A stretch of 60,539 nt of DNA, filler included, from Nemertoderma westbladi (Eukaryota; Animalia; Xenacoelomorpha), in the NCBI GenBank assembly GCA_032718475.1. It is 3 parts of 3 records of this genome, joined end to end, with 100 filler letters (N's around TTAATTAATTAA, not from the genome) between each part and the next. Parts side by side here need not be neighbours in the genome. Positions count along the whole stretch, not along the records: positions 1 to 30,676 come from JAUCBJ010006953.1; 2 more parts are not named here. One strand, 5' to 3'. Position 1 is the first letter of the stretch. The number at the start of each line of letters is the position of its first letter. The notes beneath the pieces are model-generated. The model ran no database searches and was not told the DNA's origin. It worked only from the letters and a program-made list of their open reading frames with translations. Made by a program: the position numbers and the translations under genes. Positions 1-12,294 of this stretch are shown piece by piece.

Positions 1-394
1 GTAATTATTGAAAATGCATACAACAGATCTCGCCAAACCATTTCCAGATGTGAAATCCTCATTAAATTCTGATGACAAAAAACCGCAAGTCTTGTTGACT
101 TACGGTTTTTTTGCATAAATTTAAATACTTGCAGTCTTTTGTATTGCACTTACTCTGCTGAAACTCAGCTCGAATCTATGATCCTCTCGGTTTATTGTCG
201 CCGTGGTTGCATTAAAAATAGCATTCAGAGAAATTACAAATACTATTGTATTTGTTAGCATCAAAATGTGTTGTTATGATTAATATTGATATTAGTAATG
301 ATAGATAATCTATATGTCAATGTCAATGTCCAGCATTCGACGCCACATTTGATCAAGCAAAAATCTAACATTTTTTATGTTCTTCCCGCCCTTT

Positions 395-1180
395 TAGTTT
401 GTGTAGTGTTAATCCGTTGCCTATAATTAACATCTCTCCAGAGGTCATGGGTTCGATCCCCGCAAAGGGGTCGGGAGAGTTTTCGTTTCAGGACGAACGC
501 TTTAAAGGGACGAGCTAGGGCGCATTTCTCAAGGGCGTCCTTTAATGGGTACTGGAGTATCCTCTGGTGAATAAAAATATGGTGGAATTAGGTGGCGTTC
601 ATAAAGTATGTCACGCAAATTTTCCATTTTTTTGACCCCCCCCCCCCCTTCTGTCACAAAAAACCTATTTTCGTAAATTTATAACCCCCCCCCCCCCCCC
701 CCCCCTAGACGAAAAATATTTTATTTCAGTAATTTAATAACAGTTAGAAAGCACAATAGAAAGTGAAACATTTTGACTGAAGTAGTTCTTACTAAAAGCC
801 TATACATACTTTAGCAGCTTCAAACTACAATACTGTACATGTACAAGGCAGACTAGACAGGGGTGCCCTGTTAATGTTAGGGATTAAATTCAATGTTATT
901 GAGTTTATTGTTTTTTCCTTAAAGTTTCCCACTCATCTACAAATGTGTTAGTCAAAGACAATCTAACATTAAAGCATACCGTAGAACATCGCCGTGACCG
1001 TCACAAAGGTCGACACCCCCCTACCACCTGTCACAAAATGTCACGAAAGCTCTACCCCCCCCCCCCCTCCCCTAGTGCGTGACATACTTTATGAACGCCC
1101 CCTTATCTGGAAACAAGTCGTCAGACTTTGTGCGTAATGTTTTCCCTGGCCTAACGGCCGAAGACAACTTTGCCATTTAA
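395..1180 (+). mobile_element. tRNA-derived SINE, interrupted by a Harbinger MITE
   Basis: B-box-like GGGTTCGATCCC at ~449-460. Colinear similarity to 36440-36720 (ccagaggt..ggttc.atccc, acgaa.gctttaaag, gac.ttgtgcgtaa) resumes after the MITE at 1106. Confidence 0.6.
591..1102. mobile_element. PIF/Harbinger-type MITE
   Basis: 27-bp TIRs GG(T/G)GGCGTTCATAAAGTATGTCACGCA with 1 mismatch; TTA target duplication at 588-590 and 1103-1105; internal poly-C tracts. Confidence 0.85.
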
Positions 1181-1611
1181 TATTGACAAAATTATATTGT
1201 ATTAACTCACAATTAACACATTACTTATGATTAATCAATATTACATATAATAATTATGTATATATTTTAATTATGTATTAGATATAATATTAATATAATA
1301 CACGTTATTATCACATTACGATAGATTTTCAAATTGCCAGTTACATACAGTGAAATGTAATTTTGAACAAATTCAAGTGTTAAAACCATAAGCTTAAATT
1401 CATAATCTCGTGTAATTGATCAATGAAAAAATCAATAATTATGTATGATTTTTTCTTGTATGAAATTCTGAATTTAATTTCTATAACACTATAAAGTAGG
1501 CTTTAGAAATGTGGAATTTTTGGAATTCGGAATTAGAAATTTGTGGAATTTTTATTTATCAATGGGAGGCTTAGATCTATAGTTCAGAGACCCGTAGGTT
1601 GCTACCGGACT

Positions 1612-2106
1612 CATCCGTTTCATAAAGTTAACCGAAACGTACATCCAGTTTCATAAAGTTAACCGAAACGTACATCCAGTTTCATAAAGTTAACCGAAAC
1701 GTACATCCAGTTTCATAAAGTTAACCGAAACGTACATCCAGTTTCATAAAGTTAACCGAAACGTACATCCAGTTTCATAAAGTTAACCGAAACGTACATC
1801 CACTTTCATAAAGTTAACCGAAACGTACATCCAGTTTCATAAAGTTAACCGAAACGTACATCCAGTTTCATAAAGTTAACCGAAACGTACATCCACTTTC
1901 ATAAAGTTAACCGAAACGTACATCCAGTTTCATAAAGTTAACCGAAACGTACATCCAGTTTCATAAAGTTAACCGAAACGTACATCCACTTTCATAAAGT
2001 TAACCGAAACGTACATCCAGTTTCATAAAGTTAACCGAAACGTACATCCACTTTCATAAAGTTAACCGAAACGTACATCCAGTTTCATAAAGTTATCCGT
2101 AACGTA
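1612..2106. repeat. 31-bp tandem minisatellite, ~16 copies
   Basis: Unit CATCCAGTTTCATAAAGTTAACCGAAACGTA, near-identical copies. Confidence 0.97.
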
Positions 2107-2397
2107 ATTAGGGCCAAGTTTTTATCGATATATAATATTCATTCATCTTCGCTATCGGCTTCAGCCCCACTAGCATCTTCTAGATCCTTCTTTCCACCCT
2201 TTTTCTACCGTACGCTTACTTACTGTACTTTTATACTGTACGCTTGGTACTGGTACACAGATGCTGACTAGTAAGGCAAATATTTAAAAATAATATTTAA
2301 AAAATTACACAAGTATCATAAAAATTTAACAAAATAAGAAATGAACAAAGTCAGCGGATGGTCAGCTAGACATAGATATGTTATCCATTGATGAATA

Positions 2398-2704
2398 ATA
2401 AACGTTAAAAATTAACGTTAATCAACGTTAAAAAATTTGGAAATGTCAGATCTCTGTTGATTTTTAACGTATAATTACTGTAAAAAATTAACGTTAAAAA
2501 TTAACGTTAAAGTAACGTTAAAAAATATGGTATTGTCCGATATTTGTAAATTTTTGACGTATAATTACTGTAAAAAATTAACGTTAAAAATTGACAGAAA
2601 TCTAACGTATTTTAACGTAGGTTTATGGTTAAATTCTAACTGTCATTTTTTAACGAATGTCTAACATAAACCCAACGTTAGATTAACGTTGGTGGTTTGC
2701 AGGG
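2398..2704. mobile_element. AACGTT-rich subterminal region of a truncated non-autonomous DNA transposon
   Basis: Many AACGTT/TTAACGT motifs, an internal ~90-bp duplication and a terminus GGTTTGCAGGG. No partner end found. Confidence 0.4.
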
Positions 2705-3443
2705 GTAGGCCTAAAGTCTGTTTTAAATCTCCCTCTCAAAACCTTCCTTACTTAAAACAAAATTTCGCATTTGTAGTTTTTTTTTATTTCCAGTAAAAAA
2801 AAACGACAAAAACAAGAATTCATGAATATAATTCGTTAATTTAGTTTTTTATATTTGTGGTGAAATAAAAAAAAACGACAAAATCAAGAATTCATGAATA
2901 ATTTGTATTGTCGTTTTTTTTACTCGAATTTAAATATTTTTTAAGTTGTCTCTTCTGGGCCACCATAGTGATTGTAATACGGCAATAAAATAACTAAAGA
3001 AAGTAACACCCCATTGAATTACCTCAATCTGTCATCAAGGGAAATTAATAGGAGCCTACTACATAATTATTGCATTGTTAGAATTGGAGTGGAAGCTCTT
3101 CCCTATACATAACAGGGAATCCCCTCCCTACAGTATTTTGTTTCAATGGCATACTAAAAAAATTCCGGCATGCTCTATCATCTAAACTGTATGAAAGGTT
3201 GTTGCTCGTTGTGCATTTGAGCACCTACCCTACAGTATCCTTCCGTGCAATTATAAAGGCAGATAGGCCTGTGTATAGAGTACTGTCAGACTACTGCTGG
3301 ACTGTGGACTGTAGCCCAGTAGCCAGTCGCCTTGACTGCAGGACTGTAGCCTAATAATCCTGCCGTCCTGGTCCTGTAATCGTATTCATATAGACTTCAG
3401 ACGCCATCCCAACCACCAAACCGCTGAACTGTATTACAGTATT

Positions 3444-4715
3444 ATGAACCCCGACGTAAAACGACTGTTGTTAGGAGTTCTTGTTCTCTTTCTTACAGAC
3501 GTTCTTTGGGTGGCATCATCGGAAGTCTCTAGAATGATTTACCACGACCGCGCTTACAACAAACCCTTCCTTACAACCTACGCCAAAACATCCATGTTCG
3601 TCATATATCTAACGGGGTTTGCATTTTATAGACCTTGGCAACGGCAATGCTCCTGTTCATATTTGCGATTTAAAAGACCTAGATCTCCACATATTAAACC
3701 AAGTAATATTGAAACATATGGTGAAACTGAGAGCCTGATTAGTGGAACCGAGTATACTAATGTAATTAACGACAGTACCGGTACGAGTAACATTACCGGT
3801 ACCTCCGAAGATAGTGTATCAGAGAGTGGTTTATCGATAATCCGATCGGGCGAGGCTAATCATTCTAAACTACCAATCAGGAGCCATCTAAGAATCTCTC
3901 TGATATTTTGCTTGCCCTGGTTTTTAGGCTCATTAACATACGGTTTGGCGTTGGGTCAGAGCGAGGCTGCTATCGTTAACATACTCTCGTCTTCCTCGGG
4001 TCTATTCACTCTGTTATTGGCCGCAGTATTTCCTAGTTCCCATGGCGACAGGTTTACAGCGACCAAGTTTCTCGCCGTTTGTGTCTCTATAGCCGGTATT
4101 GTTATCGTTGTACTTTCCACAGTGGACAATAACAGTAATCCATTATCGGTGGACATCGGTTGCGTGTGGGCGCTTATTAGCGCTATATTCTACGCCATTT
4201 ATATTGTGTCGCTAAAGCGTCAAGTTGACAATGAAGACAGAATAGATATTCCATTATTTTTCGGTTTTGTCGGTCTTTTAAATATTTTTCTTTTATGGCC
4301 ACTTTTCTTTGTTTTTCACTACACCGGTTTTGAAGTTTTCCAGTTGCCACCTGATTTAGATACCTGGATGTTTATTGTAGCCAATGGCCTCATTGGAACT
4401 GTATTTTCTGAGTTTCTATGGTTATGGGGATGTTTATTAACGAGCTCATTGGCTGCAACTATATCACTTACTCTCACTATACCTCTCACTGTGCTCTGGG
4501 ATATGTTTATGCGTCACGATTATTTTTCGGTGGAATTCCTTTGCGGAGCGGTTCCCTGTTTTCTCTCATTTATCACAGTTTGCGTTTTGCAACATTATAA
4601 TGACTGGGATCCGGTAGCCATGGCAATGCGACGTTTATTGGAACTGCTGTCGAAATGGTGTGCGAAAAATATAATAAGCAGACGGCGCTCGCGGAACCTC
4701 TTACACCCACCGTGA
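3444..4715 (+). CDS. SLC35F5: Solute carrier family 35 member F5-like drug/metabolite (EamA-fold) transporter, single exon, 423 aa
   Basis: Multi-TM protein with family motifs DVLWVASSE, YNKPFLTTYAKTSMF, NILSSSSGLFTL, FFGFVGL, NGLIGTVFSEFLWLWGCLLTSSL. Confidence 0.92.
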   Translation: MNPDVKRLLLGVLVLFLTDVLWVASSEVSRMIYHDRAYNKPFLTTYAKTSMFVIYLTGFAFYRPWQRQCSCSYLRFKRPRSPHIKPSNIETYGETESLISGTEYTNVINDSTGTSNITGTSEDSVSESGLSIIRSGEANHSKLPIRSHLRISLIFCLPWFLGSLTYGLALGQSEAAIVNILSSSSGLFTLLLAAVFPSSHGDRFTATKFLAVCVSIAGIVIVVLSTVDNNSNPLSVDIGCVWALISAIFYAIYIVSLKRQVDNEDRIDIPLFFGFVGLLNIFLLWPLFFVFHYTGFEVFQLPPDLDTWMFIVANGLIGTVFSEFLWLWGCLLTSSLAATISLTLTIPLTVLWDMFMRHDYFSVEFLCGAVPCFLSFITVCVLQHYNDWDPVAMAMRRLLELLSKWCAKNIISRRRSRNLLHPP

Positions 4716-5397
4716 ACAAAACCAATACCGTCGCTGCCATTCATAATTAATTTCAATCTACAATTCATTTGATTTTTTAATATAATTGTAAATATCAGTA
4801 TGTGAATCTTTGCGCGGTGCTATATGCTACAGTGATGCTTCTATATCCGCTACCACCAGATAGGTGGAGGATTTTCGATTTCGACGCTATAAATTCATTC
4901 ATCCAGGGGACAATCAACACAGGTGATTGCTCCCAAAAATAAAAACCGTAACCTGTTCTTTTGAATTTCGTATGTTTTTTGGTTAGAATAACGTGCTAAC
5001 TGTAACCTGATCTTTTCTCATTATTCATAATTTAATATTGAGAAGAAATATTAATTCTCCGAGATTGGATTTGCATTGGGCACACTCTCCTCCACCATCG
5101 GTGTTTTTGTTTTAAAAGCCATAGATTATATCGACTACTATTACTATTTTTAATTTAATTTTTATTAAAAAAAATTATTATGATCGATTTTTATTTATTT
5201 AATTCAAATATGAATTTTTTCGAATTCATGATAACCGTTATAGTCTAATAATAGCCATCTAAGTAGCAGTAGCACTACACTCAGTCCAATATCCAAAATG
5301 CTTGGTGCCAGCATGTGTTCTGTAGCATCACTATTTTTAATCAGCTGTGTATTTTTTTATATAGTGACATTAATACACTATTAGCATGCCATATTAA

Positions 5398-6125
5398 CCA
5401 TCTCCAACTTAAATTATGAATTTGGGTTGTAAAAATGTTTTTTTTGTGTTTTTCTAGTTGAAATGACCTCAAATATGGAGGAAAACACCATAAATATATT
5501 TTTTTAATATTTTGGTAAGGTTTTAGCGGTTGTAAGCTTTTACCGATAGATTTTGATGGTATAAGGGTTTTCGAGGTCGTTCTCGATAAAACTTGTTAAA
5601 ATATTTTCTGGCAATTCAATTTGTTTATCAAATTTGTACTACTTGTATTTTTCGTGCCGCATATTGACTTGACACATATCCAAAAATGCCCCAATCAAAC
5701 ATTACGAAATATTTCAGTGTCATATTCGTGATCAGCAACCCAAAAAACCTATGGTCATAAAATAAATTTGATTTTGTGGTGATTTTTCATTATCATTTCA
5801 TTTATCATTCTCATTCATCATAATTTGCACTACTTGTTTTTTTTGTGCCCCAGAGGTCACATTCCAAACTACGAGCCATTAAAACTTTTGAAACTTTTCA
5901 CACGAAAAACACTGGAGATAGGTGCCGCCAGAAAGGGACGAAGGGACCACAGCACGAAATCTAACATAGCCATGTACAGTAAATGGCGTTTGCTCTGTTG
6001 GAAAGCCCATTAAATTTTAGGAAAAGTAACGAAATCTCGGTGTCCCCAACAAACCTTACTCAAAGATACAGTACAGTTGAACTACAACAAAATTTATAAA
6101 ATTATCCTCCCTCCCGGGGCTAGGG
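5398..6125 (-). mobile_element. piggyBac-like non-autonomous element (same family as 54894-55420)
   Basis: Ends ...TAGGG|TTAA at 6126. Inverted homology to 55000-55400 (tttgcactacttgtttttt, gtgtcatattcgtgat). Left end TTAA|CC is degenerate. Confidence 0.5.
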
Positions 6126-6300
6126 TTAAGTGACAATGTAGTATAATATATCAAAGGGCATAATACGAAGTTAGGGTTAAGAATGTTCCATAATATGGTG
6201 TCTTTAAAATAAATATTTTAACATAAATTATATAAATATGAATAAAATAGCCTTGTGCGTGCATGTGCAAACTATGCAACTTTTCAACGCTTATATATCT

Positions 6301-6834
6301 CATTAACAGCTCAATTACAAATCATTTATTTAATTAATATCACTAGGCAGCCATACTCGAGCTGAATATTTATTTATTTGTACTTCCCTCTTGTTTAACT
6401 CTAACATACTTGAGGTGAGCCCGGTGAGTCCGCTGTTAGAGATAGGATATGCAACTAAAGACTGTCTGTTCAGTAGAAGTGGAATAAATAGAAAGGCGAA
6501 TGTCAGGGGAGAGTGACTGAACATATTAGCGCCATTGAAGAGGCCTGATAGGCCGAAACGTACGTATAGCAAATGGTTCAACCCCGGTGACGTGCTTTCT
6601 CATTCTTTCCATTGCTGTACAACTTTTTATTGTACAATATCATTCAATAAAGTTGCATTAACAGCTCAACTACAATTCATTTATTTAATTAATATCACCA
6701 GCAGTCAACAATACTAGAGCTGAATATTTATTTGTACTTCTCTCCTGTATGTTTCACTCTAACATACTTGAGGCCGGTAGGTCCTCTGTTACAGATACAG
6801 TAGGATATGCAACTAAAGACTACCTGTTCAATAG
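6301..6834 (+). repeat. 1.5 tandem copies of a ~355-bp unit containing a hammerhead-like motif (retrozyme/Penelope pLTR-like)
   Basis: 6301-6477 recurs at 6656-6834 (cattaacagctcaa...gatatgcaactaaagact..ctgttca). Confidence 0.75.
6531..6570 (+). ncRNA. Minimal type I hammerhead ribozyme-like motif (degenerate)
   Basis: GCCA-TTGAAGA-GGCCT gat AGGCC-GAAA-CGTACG-TA/TAGC: core (C>T)UGANGA, 5-bp stem II, GAAA, palindromic stem III, GUA site, stem I with one mismatch. Confidence 0.6.
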
Positions 6835-7189
6835 ATATTCCTCCAAATATTAAAACTTGATATCAAAACGAAATCATAGCTTAGGAAAACACCCATAATG
6901 AAAATTTTACTTAGGTGATGATATTTTCCTTATATTTTTGGCAGACAAACTGTCAGACAATCCAAGGTGCAGGGAGCCCAATCAACAGACTGCCAGACAT
7001 ACAGTAGAGACAGTCTACATTTCGTCTAGTGGTAAAACGGCCTTCAGAAATGAAATCACCGACCTAGAAAACCGCTATAATGAAATTGCAGGGTTTATGT
7101 GTTGCGATTCCTACATTTTTGACAGACTGTCAGACAGACCTACCGACATAACGACAGACATTCTGGCGCATATGACTTAGTACTAGGCC

Positions 7190-9250
7190 TATGCCCTTAA
7201 CATCTAGATTTATGTATTCTTCGATAAATTTTGATCTTAAATTGTAAAAAAAAAAAAATTGACAGTAGATAAGTAGGACGTGTAAAAACACAGGGTGAAC
7301 TGCACCAAGGATAAAAATAGAAGAAAGACGTGCGGGCATCAAGTTCGTACGTTGCAGTATAAATACAATATTGAGTAAAAATAACTGTACAGTATTTTAA
7401 TGAAGATAGTTAAGTAAAAAATAGCTGCACATGAGGATACTACATGTATAACATAAATTTGAAATTGTACATACTGTAGGACGTGATAGAGTAAACAAAC
7501 AATAGTGAATAAAAAATATATAAAACTGTAGGGTAAAAATAGAAATATGGGCATCAAGTTCGTGCGTTGTAGTATAAAAACAATGTTCAATAAAATTATG
7601 CTTTAGGCTCATTCCAAAGTAAAGTACGGGACATTCTTACACAATTTTGAACTTTGATTCCCTGTACAATGTTATCCACAGCACATATGTGCACAAAATT
7701 GTGCTTGGATTGAACTTTCGAATATCAGCTTTGATTTCGCTAAGATTATGGCGGGACTTAGTCACTTTTGAGAAAACACCAGCTTGTCCAATTAAGGTAA
7801 AGTACGGATTCGTACGAAATGGTTTTTTTTATTTTATGATTTCAATTCTAAAATTTAGCGAATTGTGCGCAGGTACAGTGTTGAGTTGATGTTTAGGATA
7901 AAGCTGTATTATTAAGCTTAAATATAAATATAAGACGAATTGCTGCATTGCTAATTTTTTACTTTGTGGTTTGTGTGGTAAAGTATGGGACATTGCTAAC
8001 GGGACCTGTACGAATTTTATGGTCAAAATGGTCTCTTACACTTAACCTAACAGTAATTTCTGGATAATTAGTGATAATAAAGTGCAAATAAGTATTTCCA
8101 ACCAAGATACGGATACAAAATGTGGGGCGGCCCACCAATTGATCCGAAGTCTTAGCATATGTGCCCTTGAGGAGTTGTATGTCATCTGTCTAATTTTTGA
8201 TCGTTAATACTGTATAACTCGGTCATTTTTAGATGAAATTAACCAAACCTGGTACGTATGAAGTCTGTCAAAAGTTTGGAAAGAATCTGAAGTTTAAGGA
8301 ATCAAAGGTCACATATCAGACAGTCTGTCTGTTGGTACCGAAATAAGTTTCAAAATTTTGATAAAAACCGAAATAAGTCCGCCAATAATTGATGAAATAT
8401 AACCAAACTTGGTACACATGTAGTCTGTGAAAAGTTTAGAATTTCTTTCCATTTTTCTGAAAATGTATCAATTACTGTACTTACCGATCTTCTTATCTGC
8501 TAAAAAACTAATTTTTTTGAAATTTGTTGTAAAGTACGGGACTTTACATGCATAAACTCAAAGATTAGTTAATTGAGGAATGATTCTTAGTTCAAATACA
8601 TACTTCTATGCTTCCCCCTACTATCACCCTAAAAGGCATTAACACTCCTGCCCTCCAGGTTTCATATATTACATTAATACAGTGCACTAAAATGTAATCG
8701 CCATTATAATGGTAAAGTATGGGACAATTTTCAATTGGCCGTTATGATGTTTCTGAGGGAGTAGATTATGAAACTACAGGTAATTGTTTCTTAAGATGAC
8801 GCAACACAAACGTGCTTTGCATTCCACTGGGTGATTGGGTTGAGTTAGACTACTTCTCTGTGTATAAATTAAAAATTTCACTATTTTTTGGTAAAGTATG
8901 GGACTTTACATGCATAAACCCAAGGATTTCTTGACTGAGGAATGATTCTCAGTTCAAATATAGACTCCTATTCTTACGGCCGACTATGACCTTAGAGTAT
9001 TATAACACTCATGGCTTCACATATTACATTAATACAGTGCACTAATATAATCGCCATTTTGATGGTAAAGTATGGGACAATTTTCAATTGGCCGCCATGA
9101 TATTTCTGAGGGAGTGAAGATGAAACTAATTGTTTTATACGATGACGCAACACATTTGCTTTGCATTCCACTGGGTGATTAGGCTGAGTTACATCTCTGT
9201 GAATAAACTAAAAATTTCACTATTTTAGGTAAAGTATGGGAAATCACAAG
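7190..9250. repeat. Repeat element with ~8 dispersed TAAAGTA(T/C)GG(G)A motifs and an internal ~360-bp duplication
   Basis: Motif at ~7620, 7798, 7979, 8530, 8713, 8892, 9065, 9230; 8527-8885 resembles 8888-9245. Confidence 0.6.
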
Positions 9251-10029
9251 ATTAACTTTATCGATTTCATTACAGAGGAACGAAACACTGGTGAAATTAA
9301 ATAAAACCAAAAAAATTCGAAAATTGGTTTGTTTTTGATTTGGTACATGCTCAGAAATGTTAATTTATTGGTCATAGGAAGTGCCTACAGGAAACGAAAC
9401 TTTTGCACACTTTTATTCACATTTTGTGCAGAGCAGGTGCATAATTTGTAATTCGACTATTTTTGATAAACCACCTGTGTTGATTTATGTTCGCGCTTTC
9501 AGACCTTTGGCAGTTTAACCCACCAAATTAAGATGTCTTCTAGATATTAAATCGTTTTTAGTCTATGACAAGTATTTGATTCACTACACTAGTCGAAACC
9601 AATCTGTGCGAGATCATTCACCCGCTGGATATTCCCGGGAGATTGGGTTCGACGGTTTAATTTTATTGCTATGTAAGCCTAATGTATTATTCGACTGACA
9701 GTATTATATAATCTCTGACAATATTATTCACCTTCGGGAATATTAACAGTTCCTTTAGGACGTGGCGCTTTATCTATATAAACAGAGTTATGACTTAAAC
9801 TACTCACAACGATATGGCTTAATTATAATTCACATATATGGCGCATTCTTTAGGAATTGCTTCTTTAACAGACTCACTCATACACAATGCTGCACAATAC
9901 TGCACACTAATCTGCCAATCTTCAATGATTTTAGTCACATATAAAAGGAACACAGACTGACTCATGTAGGGTCTATCAAATAACATTAGATTCACTTCAA
10001 ACCACTTTAACATAAGTCACAATCGTTAT

Positions 10030-10696
10030 TGGTAACCTTTCTCTCTTACCTTCGGTATATCAAGAATATTGGGTTTCGGGGTTATTTATCGTTATTCCAA
10101 ATATAATAATTCATCAACCATATTATGAAGAACTGACAGTAAATAGCAGTATAAAACAACAATGAAAACACTGATTGTTATGAGTTTGCAATGTTTCAGC
10201 AGTCAGTATGTATGATCAGTTAGCAGCGATTAAAAGCCAGGTTAAAGGATATATGTCCTTATAATTAAACCTACTAGTGTAAGACTAAAAACTGAAAACA
10301 CGGAGGTGCCAAAAGCCGGTTCTTAGGCTCTGGGCAAAAACATAACACTGAACTACTGAGTTTCTGTATATACCTCCAACACAGAGACAACAAACGCTCT
10401 GATTGGTCAACCTGAACAACGAGAGAACAAAGAAACAAAGAAACGTCGACGTGGCAATATCAGCTGCTAGCCGTCGTCATGGTAGCGACACTGTTTTCAA
10501 GAGTATCGAGCTTTTACGTCACGGAATTACGGATTATGTCCTCTAAAGTACAAATACAGAAGAAATAGCTTTTATGTCCGCTAAAACACCAGTACAGCAA
10601 GGACACGGCCTTTTTATGCCTGGTAAACCAACTACAGAGTATTTTACGGGAAAAATAAGGAAAAATAACCGGACAATTCAGCAAAAGCTTTTACAC
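10030..10696 (-). mobile_element. LTR-like repeat, copy 1 (probable 3' LTR of a minus-strand element)
   Basis: Colinear diverged match to 13966-14647. Ends TTTTACA (TGTAAAA on minus), preceded on minus by purine-rich GGGAGCGG. Confidence 0.5.
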
Positions 10697-10721
10697 CGCT
10701 CCCAGAAAATGGGATTTAAGT

Positions 10722-11240
10722 CTATAAAATATACAAAATCACAATTTCTAATATACAAAAATACTCTAAACAGTTAGTCTTTCTTGCGCGGACGGCGTTT
10801 ACGCAGCTTTTTGAGGCTAGCAAGAGTCCTTTTCTCTTTGGGGGGAGCCACTTTACTAGGAGGGCCATAACTCCTGGGTGAAGGGTGCAATATGATTGCA
10901 TCAGAAGGTGTAGGATTGTGGTCGAGGTATCTGCCGTTTCGATATGCTTCTCCTCGAGCTGATTTTCCTCCGCTCGTAGCTGGATACGTTCATCCAAAAA
11001 CTCTCGCAGAGAATAGGATCGTCCAAGTTCGATAACTTCTTAGAGATTCTGGATTTCCCAATCGAATTGAGATAAGGCCAATTCGTTTATCGATTGGACT
11101 TACTGTTATAACTTACGTTTATCTGAACAAACGCAGGTTTCTTTTTTGATCTTTATAGAATAGCGTTTAACTCGTTTCGTACAACGCTCTCCTTCACCTT
11201 GATGAGGGGTTGTATCGCGTTAAACGGGGACGACCATACG
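10722..11240 (-). pseudogene. Disrupted orphan ORF next to the LTR-like repeat
   Basis: Frame continues upstream of ORF 10722-10997 across a stop (INELALSQFDWEIQNL*EVIELGRSYSLREFLDERIQLRAEE). Confidence 0.35.
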
Positions 11241-11334
11241 GTTGGATAGTGATATTAGGTGTCCGCGTCACAATCCGGCTAGGTAAGATGGGCGGCTAGC
11301 TAGAAATCACTGTCGGAGTGTTACCGATTAATTG

Positions 11335-11787
11335 TTAGGGTAGCACTAGATCTTTGAACAGTGAATACAGCTCGGGAGGATCCGTCATACTAATAGGATC
11401 AAGAGTCTGAGGTCTCACTAGGGAATGAGGAGCTCTGATCGAGTATTCCGAAACTCTGATCATTGGTTTATTTAAGGATCGTCTGAGTCGAACGAGCGTA
11501 GGTGATACATTGAACAAGTTTCGCTCGAAACTCCTGTAAGTATAGCGAGTAAAACCGTGTTTAAAGCAACGTCTGCGCGGATGTTTATGTCTTTCCGTTT
11601 GTTGGTTGGGTCTTGGGCATTCATCGCAATAATACCCAAAAACATACGTCTTGTAGGGGAAACGCGGGTGATCGTTCTCCAGCTTGCAATATTCCTCCAT
11701 CCGTTCGAAGCTATTCGGTACAACAGGTAGCGGTCGATCGGCGGTAAGATACATCATAGGGGAATCGAGCCGTTTGAGTTCTACCAT
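11335..11787 (-). CDS. Orphan 150-aa ORF with YYCDEC...H..R.C motif, probably element-borne
   Basis: ATG-initiated, intact, GC-richer than flanks, 18 nt downstream of ORF 11806-12294. Confidence 0.5.
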   Translation of the reverse strand: MVELKRLDSPMMYLTADRPLPVVPNSFERMEEYCKLENDHPRFPYKTYVFGYYCDECPRPNQQTERHKHPRRRCFKHGFTRYTYRSFERNLFNVSPTLVRLRRSLNKPMIRVSEYSIRAPHSLVRPQTLDPISMTDPPELYSLFKDLVLP

Positions 11788-11805
11788 GCAGTCATGATGT
11801 ATACC

Positions 11806-12294
11806 TTAAGGATATCGAGATTCTAGATTTTGTTGACTGGCAATATTGAGATATGTTTCTATCAGGAATTCCAGATAATCGTTGAAGTCGCTGCGTTTAT
11901 CCGGCTCCTCAACGTCTTCTCTTTCGATTCGGTTTCGCATAGAATTCTCATGTTCGATTCTCGGTTTATTGTTCCGCCTCCGCTGGGTATGATATTTAAA
12001 TAGAACCATTTCCCTTTTGGTGTCTATATCGTCTATATCGTGTAAATCGATAGGATGACCAGTAGTTAAGAAGGCCATATACGTACCATTACGCTGCGTA
12101 TATCGAGCAGCGAATTTTCTATAGTCCAACTCGCGCGCGAGCTGCTCTTGGGACATTGGCGGTTCGATATAACAACCATCGTCCTCCGCAGCAGTTGGAC
12201 TAACGTCGCCGCGTATTAAGCTATCAACAAACGCTTGCAAAAGTAGAGTATATCGCTCCCCGATACCAAGAACATCTTCTATCAACTCCGTCAT
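11806..12294 (-). CDS. Orphan 162-aa ORF, probably element-borne
   Basis: ATG-initiated intact ORF with protein-like composition; no family recognised. Confidence 0.5.
   Translation of the reverse strand: MTELIEDVLGIGERYTLLLQAFVDSLIRGDVSPTAAEDDGCYIEPPMSQEQLARELDYRKFAARYTQRNGTYMAFLTTGHPIDLHDIDDIDTKREMVLFKYHTQRRRNNKPRIEHENSMRNRIEREDVEEPDKRSDFNDYLEFLIETYLNIASQQNLESRYP

Noticed and set aside
440-470. tRNA gene
   Set aside because: Only a B-box; no cloverleaf, and it continues into a repeat body (SINE head).
1612-2106. CGAAACGTAC in the 31-mer as a hammerhead array
   Set aside because: No CUGANGA core or stem II on either strand.
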